Of a stretch of DNA of 64,000 nucleotides, positions 20,677-34,110 are shown piece after piece; positions within the stretch are counted from its first letter, which is position 1, and each line of letters opens with the position of its first letter. The notes beneath the pieces were generated by a model. The model was not told the origin of the DNA. It worked only from the letters and a program-made list of their open reading frames with translations, and ran no database searches. The stretch comes from a virus. The position numbers were made by a program, and so were the translations under genes. The stretch covers positions 32,001 through 96,000 of IMG/VR virus record IMGVR_UViG_3300027712_001108. The stretch is one strand, 5' to 3'.

Positions 20677-21034
20677 CGTCGTAGGTTGTACCAGTGAATA
20701 TAAAACTGCACTGACCTTTTAGGCTTTCTACGATTACAGTTTCGCCAGCTGATATACACAGTTCTTGCCATTGCGCCATATGGTTCGGTGGCATCACTGT
20801 GTCAAACGACACATAACTGGCGATACCGGAACCGCCCACTTGACCAAGCGCAATTTTTACAAAATCACAATCTCTACCGTAATCTGCTGTAAGGTCGCCG
20901 GCATTTACCATAGCATTGCCCTGATTAACAACCAACAATTGTCCACGCACACCCAGGTTAGATACAGAGCCCGTATACATCACAGTAGGCGATCTTGCGG
21001 TTGGTTTGTTTTCTGCTACGATTTGCTGTGTCAT
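20669..21034 (-). CDS. hypothetical protein
   Basis: GAGG SD, 121 aa. Confidence 0.65.
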   Translation of the reverse strand: MTQQIVAENKPTARSPTVMYTGSVSNLGVRGQLLVVNQGNAMVNAGDLTADYGRDCDFVKIALGQVGGSGIASYVSFDTVMPPNHMAQWQELCISAGETVIVESLKGQCSFIFTGTTYDAS

Positions 21035-21060
21035 GTGTACCTCTCTAGTATTTAATCCAG

Positions 21061-21726
21061 TTAGACGAGGCCTGGGCGCACCAAGTTGTGTGTAAATGCA
21101 AATGTACCAAGATGTACCAATTTGTCGCTAAACGTTTGATCAATCCATACAGTATGGCCCAATGCACGAGCCTGTTGACAAAAGTAAAAATCTTCACCCA
21201 TGTGATCATTGGATTTTTCAACCCAAACAGTTTGAAATCGAGGCAATGTCATCTGCTTAACAACGTCAGTTTTAACCAGCATACACCCCATACCCACTGC
21301 ATCAACTGCAACTAGCTCATCGTTGGCAGGATCATTGATCAAATAGCTGTGCCAATTATGCATTTCTGTATAAGCAACTGTTTTGTGTGGGTATTGCCGT
21401 GTAACGTAATTGCCTGCGACAATGTCTACATCATGTGATAACAGACGTTCTACTGTATCTGGTGGGAACATCATATCACTGTCAAGCCACAGTATATGAG
21501 TACTACCTGCATCTAGTGCCATATTGACCAGTTGATCACGCTGATTGACAATCAGTGTACCCATGCAAAAATGATGCAGCACATCTATACCAGTTGCTTG
21601 GCAATACTGAATCATTTTTGCTAGATCAAATGCAAATGCACTGTGCAACATATCTCTACAAGGTACGCAGATACTGACTTGTGCTGGTTTGGTTTTGGCT
21701 GTAGCCTGTCGTAACATGCTGCTCAT
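21061..21726 (-). CDS. glycosyltransferase family 2-like protein
   Basis: WLDSDM DxD motif, GMGCML, GEDFYFC. Confidence 0.8.
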   Translation of the reverse strand: MSSMLRQATAKTKPAQVSICVPCRDMLHSAFAFDLAKMIQYCQATGIDVLHHFCMGTLIVNQRDQLVNMALDAGSTHILWLDSDMMFPPDTVERLLSHDVDIVAGNYVTRQYPHKTVAYTEMHNWHSYLINDPANDELVAVDAVGMGCMLVKTDVVKQMTLPRFQTVWVEKSNDHMGEDFYFCQQARALGHTVWIDQTFSDKLVHLGTFAFTHNLVRPGLV

Positions 21727-21782
21727 ATATTGCCTCGTTGCAGATATGTTAAATTATAATGGCATATTGTACTACGTCAATG

Positions 21783-21992
21783 TTATACGTAGTTGAACGG
21801 ACCCTGACGTCCACCAAAAGTGGCACTGAGCGGGGTTATTTGTCCAGCTGTTCTCAATCCGCTTTTAGTAACACCCAATACACTATTCAAGCTGACACCT
21901 GTAGCCGCAGCAGGTAATACGCCCGCTGTATAAGCTGCCCAGACACCGCCCATGTTAATAATAGTGCCTGTTGCTGGTATAGCTGTTACCAT
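21783..21992 (-). CDS. small hypothetical (virion-associated?) protein
   Basis: GAGG SD; G/A/T-rich. Confidence 0.6.
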   Translation of the reverse strand: MVTAIPATGTIINMGGVWAAYTAGVLPAAATGVSLNSVLGVTKSGLRTAGQITPLSATFGGRQGPFNYV

Positions 21993-22055
21993 TGCGACCT
22001 CATGTCATACTATGCTTAGCATACTTATTTGCACAGCATTTGTCTATATCTGCTA

Positions 22056-22457
22056 TTACCAAGTAGATAGCGGTGCTCGTTTCCATGTATTTGCACTTAT
22101 GCATACGTATACATAGTTGCTGTCGTATCCAATCTGTCCAGGTGTTCCTGCACTAGATGCAGTTAACGGTGCGTTGCCTACTGCAACACCCGTTGGACCA
22201 GTTGCACCTCTGGATCCGGTTGCACCAGTATTGGTTGCTGTGCCAGCTACACCAGTTGAACCTCTTGCACCCGTGGGTCCAGTTGCACCAGTATTAGCTG
22301 CTGTACCTGCTGCACCGGTTAATCCTGCGGGGCCAGTGGGTCCAGTTATCGTACTATTTGCACCTGTTGCTCCCGTTGGTCCACCAGCTGGGCCAGTAGG
22401 CCCGCTTGGTCCAGTTGCACCTTGCACATCTATCAAAGGATAGGTATATACACTCAT
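22056..22457 (-). CDS. collagen-like protein
   Basis: G-X-T repeats; C-terminal [13 protein letters not shown] fibre motif. Confidence 0.8.
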   Translation of the reverse strand: MSVYTYPLIDVQGATGPSGPTGPAGGPTGATGANSTITGPTGPAGLTGAAGTAANTGATGPTGARGSTGVAGTATNTGATGSRGATGPTGVAVGNAPLTASSAGTPGQIGYDSNYVYVCISANTWKRAPLSTW

Positions 22458-22506
22458 TAGTTGCCTGCCAGTTCTTAATGTATGGATATTTATCAATAAA
22501 TATGGT

Positions 22507-22995
22507 ATGGCACTTTACAACAATCTCATCACTCCACCTGGTGTAAACATACGTACTGATTACAGTACCACCTTTAACTATGCAATTCCGCTAATGCAGA
22601 CGGATTGCTGGCCTGTTCAACTGACACCTCCGCACATACAACCGTGGCAACAGGTGGTGATAATCAGTCAACAAAATACATTTTGGTCACAACAGCAGGG
22701 CACGATGCGTGCATGGCTAAGTTTAAATCCCAACGGTATCAATGTAATACCCAGTGTTATACGAAATCGTACAGTACACTTGCAAGGCATAGGATCCAGT
22801 TGGTGTTTCTATGCAGATACATTGCCCGTGGATCAAGTAAATACTGCACAAATACAATTTGCAGTGCCGCCAAATCCGCAAGGCGATGGTGGCAATATGG
22901 GATATTTCTTCAACATTCAAAACTTAGACGGACAAGAAAACGCCTACTATCTACGTTTTGAATTTTCAGGACACGGCGGCACATATCTAACTTAA
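22507..22995 (+). CDS. hypothetical protein
   Basis: 162-aa ORF just after an ATAAATA motif. Confidence 0.65.
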   Translation: MALYNNLITPPGVNIRTDYSTTFNYAIPLMQTDCWPVQLTPPHIQPWQQVVIISQQNTFWSQQQGTMRAWLSLNPNGINVIPSVIRNRTVHLQGIGSSWCFYADTLPVDQVNTAQIQFAVPPNPQGDGGNMGYFFNIQNLDGQENAYYLRFEFSGHGGTYLT

Positions 22996-23035
22996 TTGTG
23001 CTTGACGCAGCAACGACGTTACGCTACAGTCATGT

Positions 23036-23851
23036 ATGAGCAACATTTCGAACTTCCTCCAATCTGTTACTGTGCTTGACACAGAAACCACACATCTTTT
23101 GCCCGAACAGGCAGAAGTTGTAGAAGTAGCAGGTGCCGTGTTTGATGGACAGTCTTGGGCTGCAACAAACCTCCTGCTCAACGCAAAAAACGGTATCCCG
23201 CCTGAAGCCAGTGCCAAGAACAACATTGGGCCGCGGGATATCAAAGATCAGCCGTATTGGGATCAAAGCGAAAGCAAAATCAAAGACTTGCTACACTGGG
23301 ATCATAGTACGTACTTCGTAGCACACAATGCTGCATATGACCGTACTGTTATCAAAACAGCATGGGCAGCTATGGGTAATGCTCAAGATGTGGCAGTATG
23401 CGAGGATCAATCTCGTTGGATCTGTACGCTGCGACTGAGCAAGCAAATATTGGACCATAATTTTCCCAACATACAATACAGTCTCAACTATTTGAGATTC
23501 TTGTTGGATCTTGATCTGCCGCAGTTCCATAATGTACACCGTGCAGATGCAGATGCAGTTACCTGTGCAATGCTGTTACAGGCCTTGGTTGGGTATGCAA
23601 TCGAATTGGGATTGGTCACTGATGCGCCGGATCTAGGCGAACAGCTTGCCAAACTGTGTTGGGGACCTATTGCTGTTAAGACATGGCCGTTTGGTAAACA
23701 TCGTGGTGCATTGCTAGCAGACATTCCCAATGACTACTATGTGTGGGCGTTGAAAAATGTCAACAGTCTGCAAGCCGGGAACAGTGATTACGACCCCGAT
23801 CTTGCAGAAAGTGTCAAGCAATTGCTAGAGCAGAGACGCCGAAAGTCTTGA
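23036..23851 (+). CDS. DEDDh 3'-5' exonuclease, ExoX-like
   Basis: LDTETT, VAHNAAYD, HRADAD; C-terminal WPFGKHRG...IP.DY..W. Confidence 0.88.
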   Translation: MSNISNFLQSVTVLDTETTHLLPEQAEVVEVAGAVFDGQSWAATNLLLNAKNGIPPEASAKNNIGPRDIKDQPYWDQSESKIKDLLHWDHSTYFVAHNAAYDRTVIKTAWAAMGNAQDVAVCEDQSRWICTLRLSKQILDHNFPNIQYSLNYLRFLLDLDLPQFHNVHRADADAVTCAMLLQALVGYAIELGLVTDAPDLGEQLAKLCWGPIAVKTWPFGKHRGALLADIPNDYYVWALKNVNSLQAGNSDYDPDLAESVKQLLEQRRRKS

Positions 23852-24323
23852 TTGGTATGGGGCGACGTGACAATGTTTTACACATGTGTACTCGTTCGCC
23901 CCATCCATATTCTTCACGATGGGTTTCTTTAAATCCCCATTCACTGTATATTTTTAGATTGCGTGTCATCAAGCTGTTGGTGTAGAGCTTTATGCGATAA
24001 AGTTTTAACAGCTTTGCATAATGTTCTGCAAACTTCAATGTCTTACGTCCAAGACCCTGTCCTTGCTGACCGGGATCTACACACAATGCCTGTATCATAA
24101 CGTGATCGGCACAGGGTGTTAGAACTACCATTGCAGGTGGTTCATCACCATCATCCAATAGCCAAAGATTACCTTTGGCAACATGACTATCAAAATCTTC
24201 TAAAAATGTAGGCGGTGTTCTACCTAGCAGCGGAATGTATGCGCTGTAGGCATGGTAGACAATTCGCCATATGTGTGGCATATCGTCGAAGGTTGCTTGG
24301 CGAAATAAAGGCGAGTTGTACAC
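23814..24323 (-). CDS. GNAT acetyltransferase
   Basis: VDPGQQGQGLGR acetyl-CoA motif; N..IY..WGF. Confidence 0.85.
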   Translation of the reverse strand: MYNSPLFRQATFDDMPHIWRIVYHAYSAYIPLLGRTPPTFLEDFDSHVAKGNLWLLDDGDEPPAMVVLTPCADHVMIQALCVDPGQQGQGLGRKTLKFAEHYAKLLKLYRIKLYTNSLMTRNLKIYSEWGFKETHREEYGWGERVHMCKTLSRRPIPIKTFGVSALAIA

Positions 24324-24438
24324 GGCATGCTTAACCCCTTTTCCTGAATCACTTGTATACCCAGGTCCTATAAAGTGATGTATTTATTATTTTTATCACT
24401 GTGACGTTATAATACATACTACCTGGGAGATAATCAAG

Positions 24439-25104
24439 ATGTCTGAAAGAAAAGTCAAAGTTGCTGTGTTGTTCAGAGGACCTGTGCGTCCTGATATTGC
24501 AAGTGTGTCATCGCGTTGCAATGAATTTATGTCACAGTTTGCCAATGTGCAAAATGTAGAGTTTGTCACATATCTTGCAACATGGCGCCAATGGCGAGAT
24601 CATCGTGCAAGTGACTTGATACATCTTGATCAATTTGACAACGTAATCATGCAGACCGAACCCACAGATGCACAAATTGCTCGTGCAACTGGTATTAAAA
24701 ACTTGCCCAATGGTGCAGAGATACGTCCAGTGTTCAACATGTATTATCAAAGTAAAACAGCATTAGATGTTATACATGCAGCAGATGATTATGATTACAT
24801 TGTCCACAGCCGTACAGACATGCGAATGGTAATGGGCGAAACAATGGCAGAATGGTTTGATAATGCTGCATATACTGCACCACATGTGCATCCTCATCCT
24901 TGGATGTGCGATCAGTTTGGCGTTGCTCCTGCTGCTATGATGTATGCAGCATGGAATTATGGTAGTATTGCACAGTTGGGCAAAGACATAGAAGCTGCTG
25001 ATATTCCCGAACGAGTCTTACAAAATAGAATAGATGCGCTGGGTATACCTGTTAAAGCACCCAAGTATCTGCTGTGGGATCTGGATCCGCGCCGCAATCA
25101 GTAA
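24439..25104 (+). CDS. hypothetical protein (possibly glycosyltransferase-related)
   Basis: YDYIVHSRTD motif; 221 aa. Confidence 0.55.
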   Translation: MSERKVKVAVLFRGPVRPDIASVSSRCNEFMSQFANVQNVEFVTYLATWRQWRDHRASDLIHLDQFDNVIMQTEPTDAQIARATGIKNLPNGAEIRPVFNMYYQSKTALDVIHAADDYDYIVHSRTDMRMVMGETMAEWFDNAAYTAPHVHPHPWMCDQFGVAPAAMMYAAWNYGSIAQLGKDIEAADIPERVLQNRIDALGIPVKAPKYLLWDLDPRRNQ

Positions 25105-25199
25105 CTGTGCTTCTTTGTATTTTCATCTGTATGATAATCATAGTCTGGCCTAAACTTGCTCATTTCAGTTACAACTAAATTGGGTTTGATAAGTTTAAA

Positions 25200-25393
25200 C
25201 ATGGTCATATTCGTTTATAGTAGTTGACTCAATACTTACAACGTATTACAATGCATGGTACGAGGAACAACGCATATTGAAAGAATATGCAAATTTCAAG
25301 TATAAGCCTACAAAACGATTCGGTGGATGGGGAGAGTGCTTGCGATATCCTGTGAACATCCGTAACAGCAAGATACAAAAGCCTTTGGAATAA
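25200..25393 (+). pseudogene. remnant of a homing-endonuclease-like C-terminus
   Basis: start-less frame ...NAWYEEQRILKEYANFKYKPTKRFGGWGECL..., resembling the C-termini of phage GIY-YIG-like proteins. Confidence 0.35.
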
Positions 25394-25418
25394 GGTATCA
25401 AGGAGGAAATAGCAGACG

Positions 25419-25768
25419 ATGGCATACGTAGTTACTGATAATTGTATTAAATGCAAATATACAGATTGTGTCGCAGTCTGCCCGTAGCGGTAGATTGTTT
25501 TTACGAAGGCGAAAACATGCTGGTAATCAATCCCATTGAATGCATAGATTGCGGTGTTTGTGAACCTGAATGCCCTGCCGGTGCAATTAAAATGTATACA
25601 GAAGCCACACCAGAACTTAAACCGTGGTTGAATCTCAATACCAAATACAGTGCATTATGGCCTAATATTGCAACTATGCGCAGACATGAAGAAGGTGCCG
25701 AAGATTATGACGGTGAGCCGGGTAAACTCAACAAATACTTTTCGCCCAAGCCGGGAACTGGAGTTTAA
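25419..25768 (+). pseudogene. fdxA: 7Fe ferredoxin FdxA, frameshifted by a 5-nt insertion
   Basis: [22 protein letters not shown], then TAGCG (25485-25489), then [29 protein letters not shown]; AGGAGG SD. Confidence 0.85.
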
Positions 25769-28700
25769 CTCCAGTTACCGATAGTTACGTTGCTGCCCAG
25801 TGTACTAGTATTGCCAACTGGGTAAATTCGCATCCATGAGCCGGGTGCTACTGCATAAGCAGTAGGTGTGCCGCTGTCCAATGTAATTTGTGGAGTTAGC
25901 GTACCGCCAGTACCTATGCCCACCATACCGGTGATCTGTATCAAGAAGTTTTGGCTACCATTGGCAGGCGCAGCCGTGATTGTAGTCATAGTGCTGAAGT
26001 TGGTTCTAAGGTTTGAATTCATCATACTGCTTGCAGCAATAGTTACGTTGCTAGCACCAAGCTTACTGATAACAGCATAATCGTGCTCTACTGGCACGGC
26101 AGTACCACCCAAACTGTATTGCAATACAGAACCGTTTGCACCCGCTTTACCGATGCTGGCCACAATCTCATACCAGTAACGAGTACCGCCAGTTACTGCA
26201 ACACTTTGTCCAAACAAGCTATTAGTTACAGGCTGTGCTGCCAGTGGTAATGCACGTAATGCACCAAGTTGGAAATACTGTGCAGTAGTTATAACACCTC
26301 GCTGTGTACCACTGGGTGTTGCATACATGCTGTAGCCATCGTATTCAATCGCACCTGCTACAGCAGCAGCCTTAACAGGGCCGCTGTTTAGATTAATAGG
26401 TGCAGCCGCGGTAGATCCGGCCGACACTGTTAGATTGCCCACATAGACATTGCCAGCTATGCCAGCACCGCCGTTCACTACCAACGCACCTGTGCCAGTG
26501 CTGGTGCTGGGTGTGGCATTGCCCACAGTTAAATTACCAACCAGTACAGGGCCAGTTAGATAACTGGCCACATTGGTATTACTGTATGGTGCTGCTAAAC
26601 CTGTCAAGCTGCTACCATCTCCGTAAAACTTAGTAGCATATACACTGGTGTTGGCATTGACACTGCCAATAACCAAATTGCCAGCGCCTTGTATAGCAGC
26701 ATTGCTGACAATGCTTGCAGCTTGTAATGTGCTTGAAAGATTAAGCGTTTGAGCTGCTATGGCAGTGTTGCTGACCAGTGCATTGACAGTTGCAGTGCCA
26801 ACGCTTTGTATTGTAGTGTTACTGCTGATGCTAGCAACTTGTGCTGCACCTGACAAGTTAAACGTTTGTCCTGCTATAGCACTGTTGCTGACAATGCTCT
26901 GTGCTGTCATTATTGTAGCAGCAGTTATAGTAGTATTGCTGAGTATCTGTTGTCCACGTAATACAGTGCTTGCATTTATATTAGGCGATGTTACTGATGT
27001 GTTACCAGTTATTGCTGGTGCGCTGACACTTGTACCTGCTTGTATAGTTGTGTTGCTATAGATAGCTGCAAGCTGTGCCAAGCCCGATGTGTTTAGTGTG
27101 CTGCTGAAGATATTGGTATTGCTGATTAAACTGCTAACCTGTGCAACACTGGTGCTATTAAATGTAGCAGTGGTCATGTTAACATTGTTGATCAAGCTAT
27201 TGGTTACAGCAGTACCAACAACGTTGAAGGTGTTGGTAATAGTCTGTAGATTGACTGTTAAACTGTTGACCTGCGCTGCTGCTATCACGTTGAGAGTGTT
27301 GGTCTGTATGCCAGTGTTATTGACCAAGCTGTTGGTTATTACTGTATCACCCACGTTCAGCGTGTTGGTAGTAGTCAATAAATTGGTAGTAAGACTATTA
27401 ACCTGTGCAGCACCTGTTACATTAAGTGTGGCACTTTGTATACCAGTGTTGTTGACTATGGACTGGGATGTTAATGTGCCAATGCTTTGTATAGCAGTGT
27501 TGGCTATCAAACGATCTACTCTAACAGTACCAGTGCTTGTAATTGTACCTGTAGTCACTGATAAGTTGCTAATAAACTGATTTACCTGCGCTGCGCCTGC
27601 CACTGTTAGTGTTTGTGCAAATGCACTGGCATTGGTCACAGTGTTTTGAATATAAGCAGTACCGCCTATATTCAAACTATCCGCAAAACCTGCGCCGCCT
27701 AGCACACTGAGATTGCTAAGCACACCAACCTGTGTGATACCCAGTTGTGATGCTTGTATGACCTGCCCTACTATGGTATTGGCAGTGATGCTGCCAGTGG
27801 CTGAAATATTGCCTACACTTATATTACCTATGAATGCGCTGGTGCCGGATACTTGCAGTTTGTTTATACCATCGTCTACTGAGCCAAGTACCCAACGGCC
27901 GTTGCTGATCAATCCAGCTACGTTGGCAGATTGTATACCGCCAGTGGTGAATACAATTTGCTTGCCAGGCTTGGCAGTGCTTATTACCAAATTGCTGTCA
28001 CTGCTGTAAAGATAACCATCCAGTGCCTTTTGTGCGCTGTATTGTACAGAATTATAGGTACTGTTGTTGATACCCAGGTCCACATAGTTGATGCTATCTG
28101 TGCCAGTATCTGCTGTAGCTATAAAATCGCTGCTGGCAGCAGGATCTGCCAATATGTTTTGCACAGTTACTTGAACTGTGCCTGCTGACGTACCAGTTAC
28201 CTGTAAGTTGGCATTGGCAAAGTCTGCCAAGGGTTCTATACCAATCTGTAAATTGCCAGTGATATACGCTGTGTTGGCATGCAGATCACCGCCGACACCA
28301 TCACCTATATAGACATTGCCCTGTGCATAGAGATCAGTGTTGAAGTTCCAGCCGGGAGGGCTAGCACTATACAGCATGCTCACAGCAATTTGACTGTTGC
28401 CTAACACAAATCCGCCTTGATCAATCAAGTTGGTAGTTGTGGCACCATTGCCTGCATAGATAACTCTGTTGGTAACCTGTAGATCTGTAGACTGTGTTGC
28501 GCTGATGTTGCCAGTGACAGTGAGGTTGCCCACAGTGAGGTCATTGAAGAATGGATTGCTGTTGGTATTGAGATTCTGTGGCAAGCTCAGCGTGACGTTG
28601 CCGCCTAGTCTATTAACATATACTTGATCTTCTGTGCCTGCTATGTCCAGTACGGCGCTGGTAGTGAGGTTAATACCGTTGTTGACTGCTGCGGTGACTG

Positions 28701-29688
28701 ACAGACCAGTGCCGGGATTTACATAGCTGACACCTGCCGTGGTGACATTGCTGCCATCACTGAACACGATGCCTTTGAGTGCAGTGACATTGCCTGCAAA
28801 TGTAGTGCTGCCGTTTATCTGACTGCTGCCACCGCTGATGCTGAGACCGTTGCTGGTTATGCTACCATAGCTGACGACATTGCCGTAGGTGACCACATTG
28901 CCATATGTGGTGTTAGTACCGTAACTGATGCTGTTGCCTGTGACAGTGAGATCTGTACCAACCAGCACGTTGCTAACAAGTTGGATACCAGCACTGTCAA
29001 ATGTGGCTATTTTAGCAATGACGTTGCTGCCCACTGCTGTGGTCCAGATTTGAACATTGGTGCCTTTGGCCAATTCAGTTTGAGCTTCGGTCGCAACCAA
29101 GTCAACACGAGCAGTGCTGATACTGGCAAATCCGTTGCTACTGTAAGGGTTGGCACCCAATCGTGATATGATATCACCGGCTAGAGTTTGTAATGGTACC
29201 GCAGCGGTACCGCGTGCTCGTCGTCCTATAAATGCTGAATAGGCATTACTACCATATGAATCATTGTATACTCGTGACGGGCTCGTATCCAATCCTGTCA
29301 ATTGCAGCATTACACCAGTATTTCGAGGTTGGCTCTGGTCGCCGGTAATGTTGCCTATGATCTGCACAGCAGCAGTCAGTGGGTTTATGCTAACGTTGCT
29401 GCGCACAGTCATGACGCCTGTTGGGTCCACGTACAGTGTGTTGTAAAGCTGGCTTTCGTTCTGTATCTTTAATCCGCCACGACTGAATGTAATCGCATTG
29501 CCTGTATTTTCAATTCGTATTGGTGGTACAGATGGATCCGGGTCGCTTACTACTATGCTGCTAGCACCAACATATAGATTGCCAAATGTCTGGACAGGCG
29601 AGCCCAGCGATAACACGTTGCTGCTAGATGGCAACAAACTGCCAGTTATAGAAGTATTACCGATCAGCTTATTAGTGATATAGCTCAT
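25765..29688 (-). CDS. large virion fibre/tail-associated protein
   Basis: 1307 aa, S/T/N/G-rich beta-repeats, [12 protein letters not shown] motif. Confidence 0.75.
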   Translation of the reverse strand: MSYITNKLIGNTSITGSLLPSSSNVLSLGSPVQTFGNLYVGASSIVVSDPDPSVPPIRIENTGNAITFSRGGLKIQNESQLYNTLYVDPTGVMTVRSNVSINPLTAAVQIIGNITGDQSQPRNTGVMLQLTGLDTSPSRVYNDSYGSNAYSAFIGRRARGTAAVPLQTLAGDIISRLGANPYSSNGFASISTARVDLVATEAQTELAKGTNVQIWTTAVGSNVIAKIATFDSAGIQLVSNVLVGTDLTVTGNSISYGTNTTYGNVVTYGNVVSYGSITSNGLSISGGSSQINGSTTFAGNVTALKGIVFSDGSNVTTAGVSYVNPGTGLSVTAAVNNGINLTTSAVLDIAGTEDQVYVNRLGGNVTLSLPQNLNTNSNPFFNDLTVGNLTVTGNISATQSTDLQVTNRVIYAGNGATTTNLIDQGGFVLGNSQIAVSMLYSASPPGWNFNTDLYAQGNVYIGDGVGGDLHANTAYITGNLQIGIEPLADFANANLQVTGTSAGTVQVTVQNILADPAASSDFIATADTGTDSINYVDLGINNSTYNSVQYSAQKALDGYLYSSDSNLVISTAKPGKQIVFTTGGIQSANVAGLISNGRWVLGSVDDGINKLQVSGTSAFIGNISVGNISATGSITANTIVGQVIQASQLGITQVGVLSNLSVLGGAGFADSLNIGGTAYIQNTVTNASAFAQTLTVAGAAQVNQFISNLSVTTGTITSTGTVRVDRLIANTAIQSIGTLTSQSIVNNTGIQSATLNVTGAAQVNSLTTNLLTTTNTLNVGDTVITNSLVNNTGIQTNTLNVIAAAQVNSLTVNLQTITNTFNVVGTAVTNSLINNVNMTTATFNSTSVAQVSSLISNTNIFSSTLNTSGLAQLAAIYSNTTIQAGTSVSAPAITGNTSVTSPNINASTVLRGQQILSNTTITAATIMTAQSIVSNSAIAGQTFNLSGAAQVASISSNTTIQSVGTATVNALVSNTAIAAQTLNLSSTLQAASIVSNAAIQGAGNLVIGSVNANTSVYATKFYGDGSSLTGLAAPYSNTNVASYLTGPVLVGNLTVGNATPSTSTGTGALVVNGGAGIAGNVYVGNLTVSAGSTAAAPINLNSGPVKAAAVAGAIEYDGYSMYATPSGTQRGVITTAQYFQLGALRALPLAAQPVTNSLFGQSVAVTGGTRYWYEIVASIGKAGANGSVLQYSLGGTAVPVEHDYAVISKLGASNVTIAASSMMNSNLRTNFSTMTTITAAPANGSQNFLIQITGMVGIGTGGTLTPQITLDSGTPTAYAVAPGSWMRIYPVGNTSTLGSNVTIGNWS

Positions 29689-29689
29689 G

Positions 29690-31756
<2,067 letters not shown>

Positions 31757-31796
31757 TTATATATAACTACCTGTATAAACACTGATAAATATCCAC

Positions 31797-32531
31797 ATGC
31801 TATTGATAACAAGTGGATGTAGTTTCAGCGAATGCCTAAGTGATTATATCGACACTTGGCCTCGGCATCTCGCTAAAGCATTGAGGTCTATACATATATC
31901 ATGTGGATTAGGATCACAAGGTAACGGGCTTATCAGCAGGAAATTACTGTACCAAGTATATACTGCATTGAAATCACACAGTGCTGACGATATTTTAGTA
32001 GGTATTATGTGGTCTGGAACAAGCAGATGGGAATGCTATCAAGAGCCAAAACCTGTTTTTGATAAAAATACGGATGGCTGGCAACACAACCCAACTGCTG
32101 TAGCAGACAACAGCCACGGCGGATGGATCATTGCCAATCACTGGTGGAAACATACGGTGTCTGATACATATTATAAAAACTATTACGATCCGGTGTACAG
32201 CCAAATACAAACACTGGAACATGTGCTAAGAACACAATGGTATCTCGAACAACATAACATCAAATACTTTATGTCATCTATGAATGGCAGTGTATTTCCA
32301 GATGATCTGTTGCAAAATCCCGAATGTCGTCATTTGACAGAAATGGTAGATTGGAACACATTTTTACCATGTGTCGGAGAGTATGAGTGGTGCAGAGACA
32401 ATACTGCATATTCGTTTAAACCCAACGATGATCATCCAACTAGCGAAATGCACGGAGAATTTGTGGACCGTATGATCATGCCATGGCTCAGAGCACAGGG
32501 TTATTTAGACAACGCCACTGCCATTTTATAA
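31797..32531 (+). CDS. SGNH-like hypothetical protein
   Basis: GCSFSE...TWP...GN...DDHP. Confidence 0.6.
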   Translation: MLLITSGCSFSECLSDYIDTWPRHLAKALRSIHISCGLGSQGNGLISRKLLYQVYTALKSHSADDILVGIMWSGTSRWECYQEPKPVFDKNTDGWQHNPTAVADNSHGGWIIANHWWKHTVSDTYYKNYYDPVYSQIQTLEHVLRTQWYLEQHNIKYFMSSMNGSVFPDDLLQNPECRHLTEMVDWNTFLPCVGEYEWCRDNTAYSFKPNDDHPTSEMHGEFVDRMIMPWLRAQGYLDNATAIL

Positions 32532-32728
32532 GAATCCCAGGCCAATTTGACATTGGGATCTGAATTCCTCAACTGTTGTTCATGTAGTTCAGCTGAGCGA
32601 TGGTCTTCTACCCATTTTAACAGATCAGCAAGATAGGGACTTGCAGCGATTCTCAACTCGGTTCCGCCGTATACATCCTGTTGTTGAGTTGTTATATAAA
32701 GATCGCCGTATAAATTTTTGATAGACAT
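32501..32728 (-). CDS. hypothetical protein
   Basis: AGGAG SD, 75 aa. Confidence 0.55.
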   Translation of the reverse strand: MSIKNLYGDLYITTQQQDVYGGTELRIAASPYLADLLKWVEDHRSAELHEQQLRNSDPNVKLAWDSYKMAVALSK

Positions 32729-32815
32729 GCTGCATTACTCCTGTTATAGAGTGTACGTACAACGAATACCGCAGTCAACCAACACTAAATATCCTGTTAA
32801 CACAAAGTAAACGCG

Positions 32816-33871
32816 ATGCGATATTATGAAATAGCAAACACTGCTAGTCTTGAAATGCTAGACGAAGGGTGGATTTCCAAAGCTGCAAAGTGGGCGGCTG
32901 CGGGTGCAACAGCCGCAGCATTGGGATATGTAGCAGGTGACATTACCAAACAGCCAGGCCGTGATATACAGCAAACACCTGATAGTATCGCACAGCAAAT
33001 GGATTATGCAAATAATACAGCATTGGACGAACCTGCAGGACCGTCTAGCTTGGCACCTACTACATCGCCTCGTCCTAAGGCAAGACCCGCTGATTTAACA
33101 GGCAACTCTACGCAAGGTAATACAGTAGATGTACAAACGCCAGGTCCTGACACAGTTAGACCAAAATTGAGACCCGACGATACAATAGATGTACAAACGC
33201 CAGGACCAGATACTGTCAGGCCACGGCCACGTCCAGATACTGACCTAAGTAAAATTCCGCCACCCACAATGCCACAGGACGTACTGGTTTCTAGATTGGC
33301 AACCGCAGATGCCAATGTAAAAGTAAACAACATCAGCAATAATAAAGACATAGAAAACATGTTGATAACAACTGCAACTTCTGCAGGTATAGTAGATACT
33401 GAGTTACAGGCATTTTTGGCACAGGCATATCATGAAAGCCGTAATTTTACATCAACTGTAGAGCAACGGTACGGCAAAGGCAAAAACTATTTTAAACGTG
33501 CATATGACATACGATATAACCCTGTTGCAGCAACGAGACTGGGAAATATAAAACCAGGCGACGGTGAAAAATTCAAAGGTCGTGGGTATCTGCAAATTAC
33601 GGGACGTTTTAATTATTCAAAAGCAGCCAAGGCTCTGGGGTTGCCACTGTTAGAACAACCAGAACTGTTGGAAGATCCAAAAATAGCTGCCGCAGTATCG
33701 GTATGGTTTTGGAAATGGCGAGTGCGAGCTCGCAGTTCAGGCGACTGGAACAATGTGCAAGAAATCACCAACATTGTTAATGGAGGCGACACCGCAGTCG
33801 ATGACCGAGGCGAACTGTTTGATGCGTATGGACATCTAAGATCGTTAAAACGCGAAACAAGACCTGATTGA
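32816..33871 (+). CDS. GH19 lysozyme/chitinase-fold lysin
   Basis: FLAQAYHES, FKGRGYLQITGRFNY, IVNGG; Pro/Arg linker with two 20-aa repeats. Confidence 0.88.
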   Translation: MRYYEIANTASLEMLDEGWISKAAKWAAAGATAAALGYVAGDITKQPGRDIQQTPDSIAQQMDYANNTALDEPAGPSSLAPTTSPRPKARPADLTGNSTQGNTVDVQTPGPDTVRPKLRPDDTIDVQTPGPDTVRPRPRPDTDLSKIPPPTMPQDVLVSRLATADANVKVNNISNNKDIENMLITTATSAGIVDTELQAFLAQAYHESRNFTSTVEQRYGKGKNYFKRAYDIRYNPVAATRLGNIKPGDGEKFKGRGYLQITGRFNYSKAAKALGLPLLEQPELLEDPKIAAAVSVWFWKWRVRARSSGDWNNVQEITNIVNGGDTAVDDRGELFDAYGHLRSLKRETRPD

Positions 33872-33920
33872 CAACGCTGCATCTTATCGCTATATTACTA
33901 ATGTAGACGAAAAAGAATAC

Positions 33921-33997
33921 GGGGGGTTAGCTCAATTGGTTAGAGCGCCGGACTCATAATCCGTAGGTTGCCAGTTCAAGTCTGGCACTCCCTACCA
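33921..33997 (+). tRNA. tRNA-CAT (Ile2 or Met)
   Basis: cloverleaf, CT-CAT-AA loop, CCA. Confidence 0.9.
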
Positions 33998-34002
33998 AAC
34001 TT

Positions 34003-34077
34003 GCGTGTATGGTCCAGATGGATGGGCACGGGACTCTAAATCCTAGGAGGCAGGCTCAATACCTGTTATACGCACCA
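34003..34077 (+). tRNA. amber suppressor tRNA (anticodon CTA)
   Basis: acceptor GCGTGTA/TATACGC, loop CT-CTA-AA, T arm GCAGG/CCTGT, A73-CCA. Confidence 0.85.
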
Positions 34078-34110
34078 TAAATAATTCAGTGTTTAAGGAG
34101 AAATAACACC

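Noticed and set aside
34003-34077. tRNA-Pyl / pyrrolysine system
   Set aside because: A73, normal-sized D arm and no pyl genes in the window.
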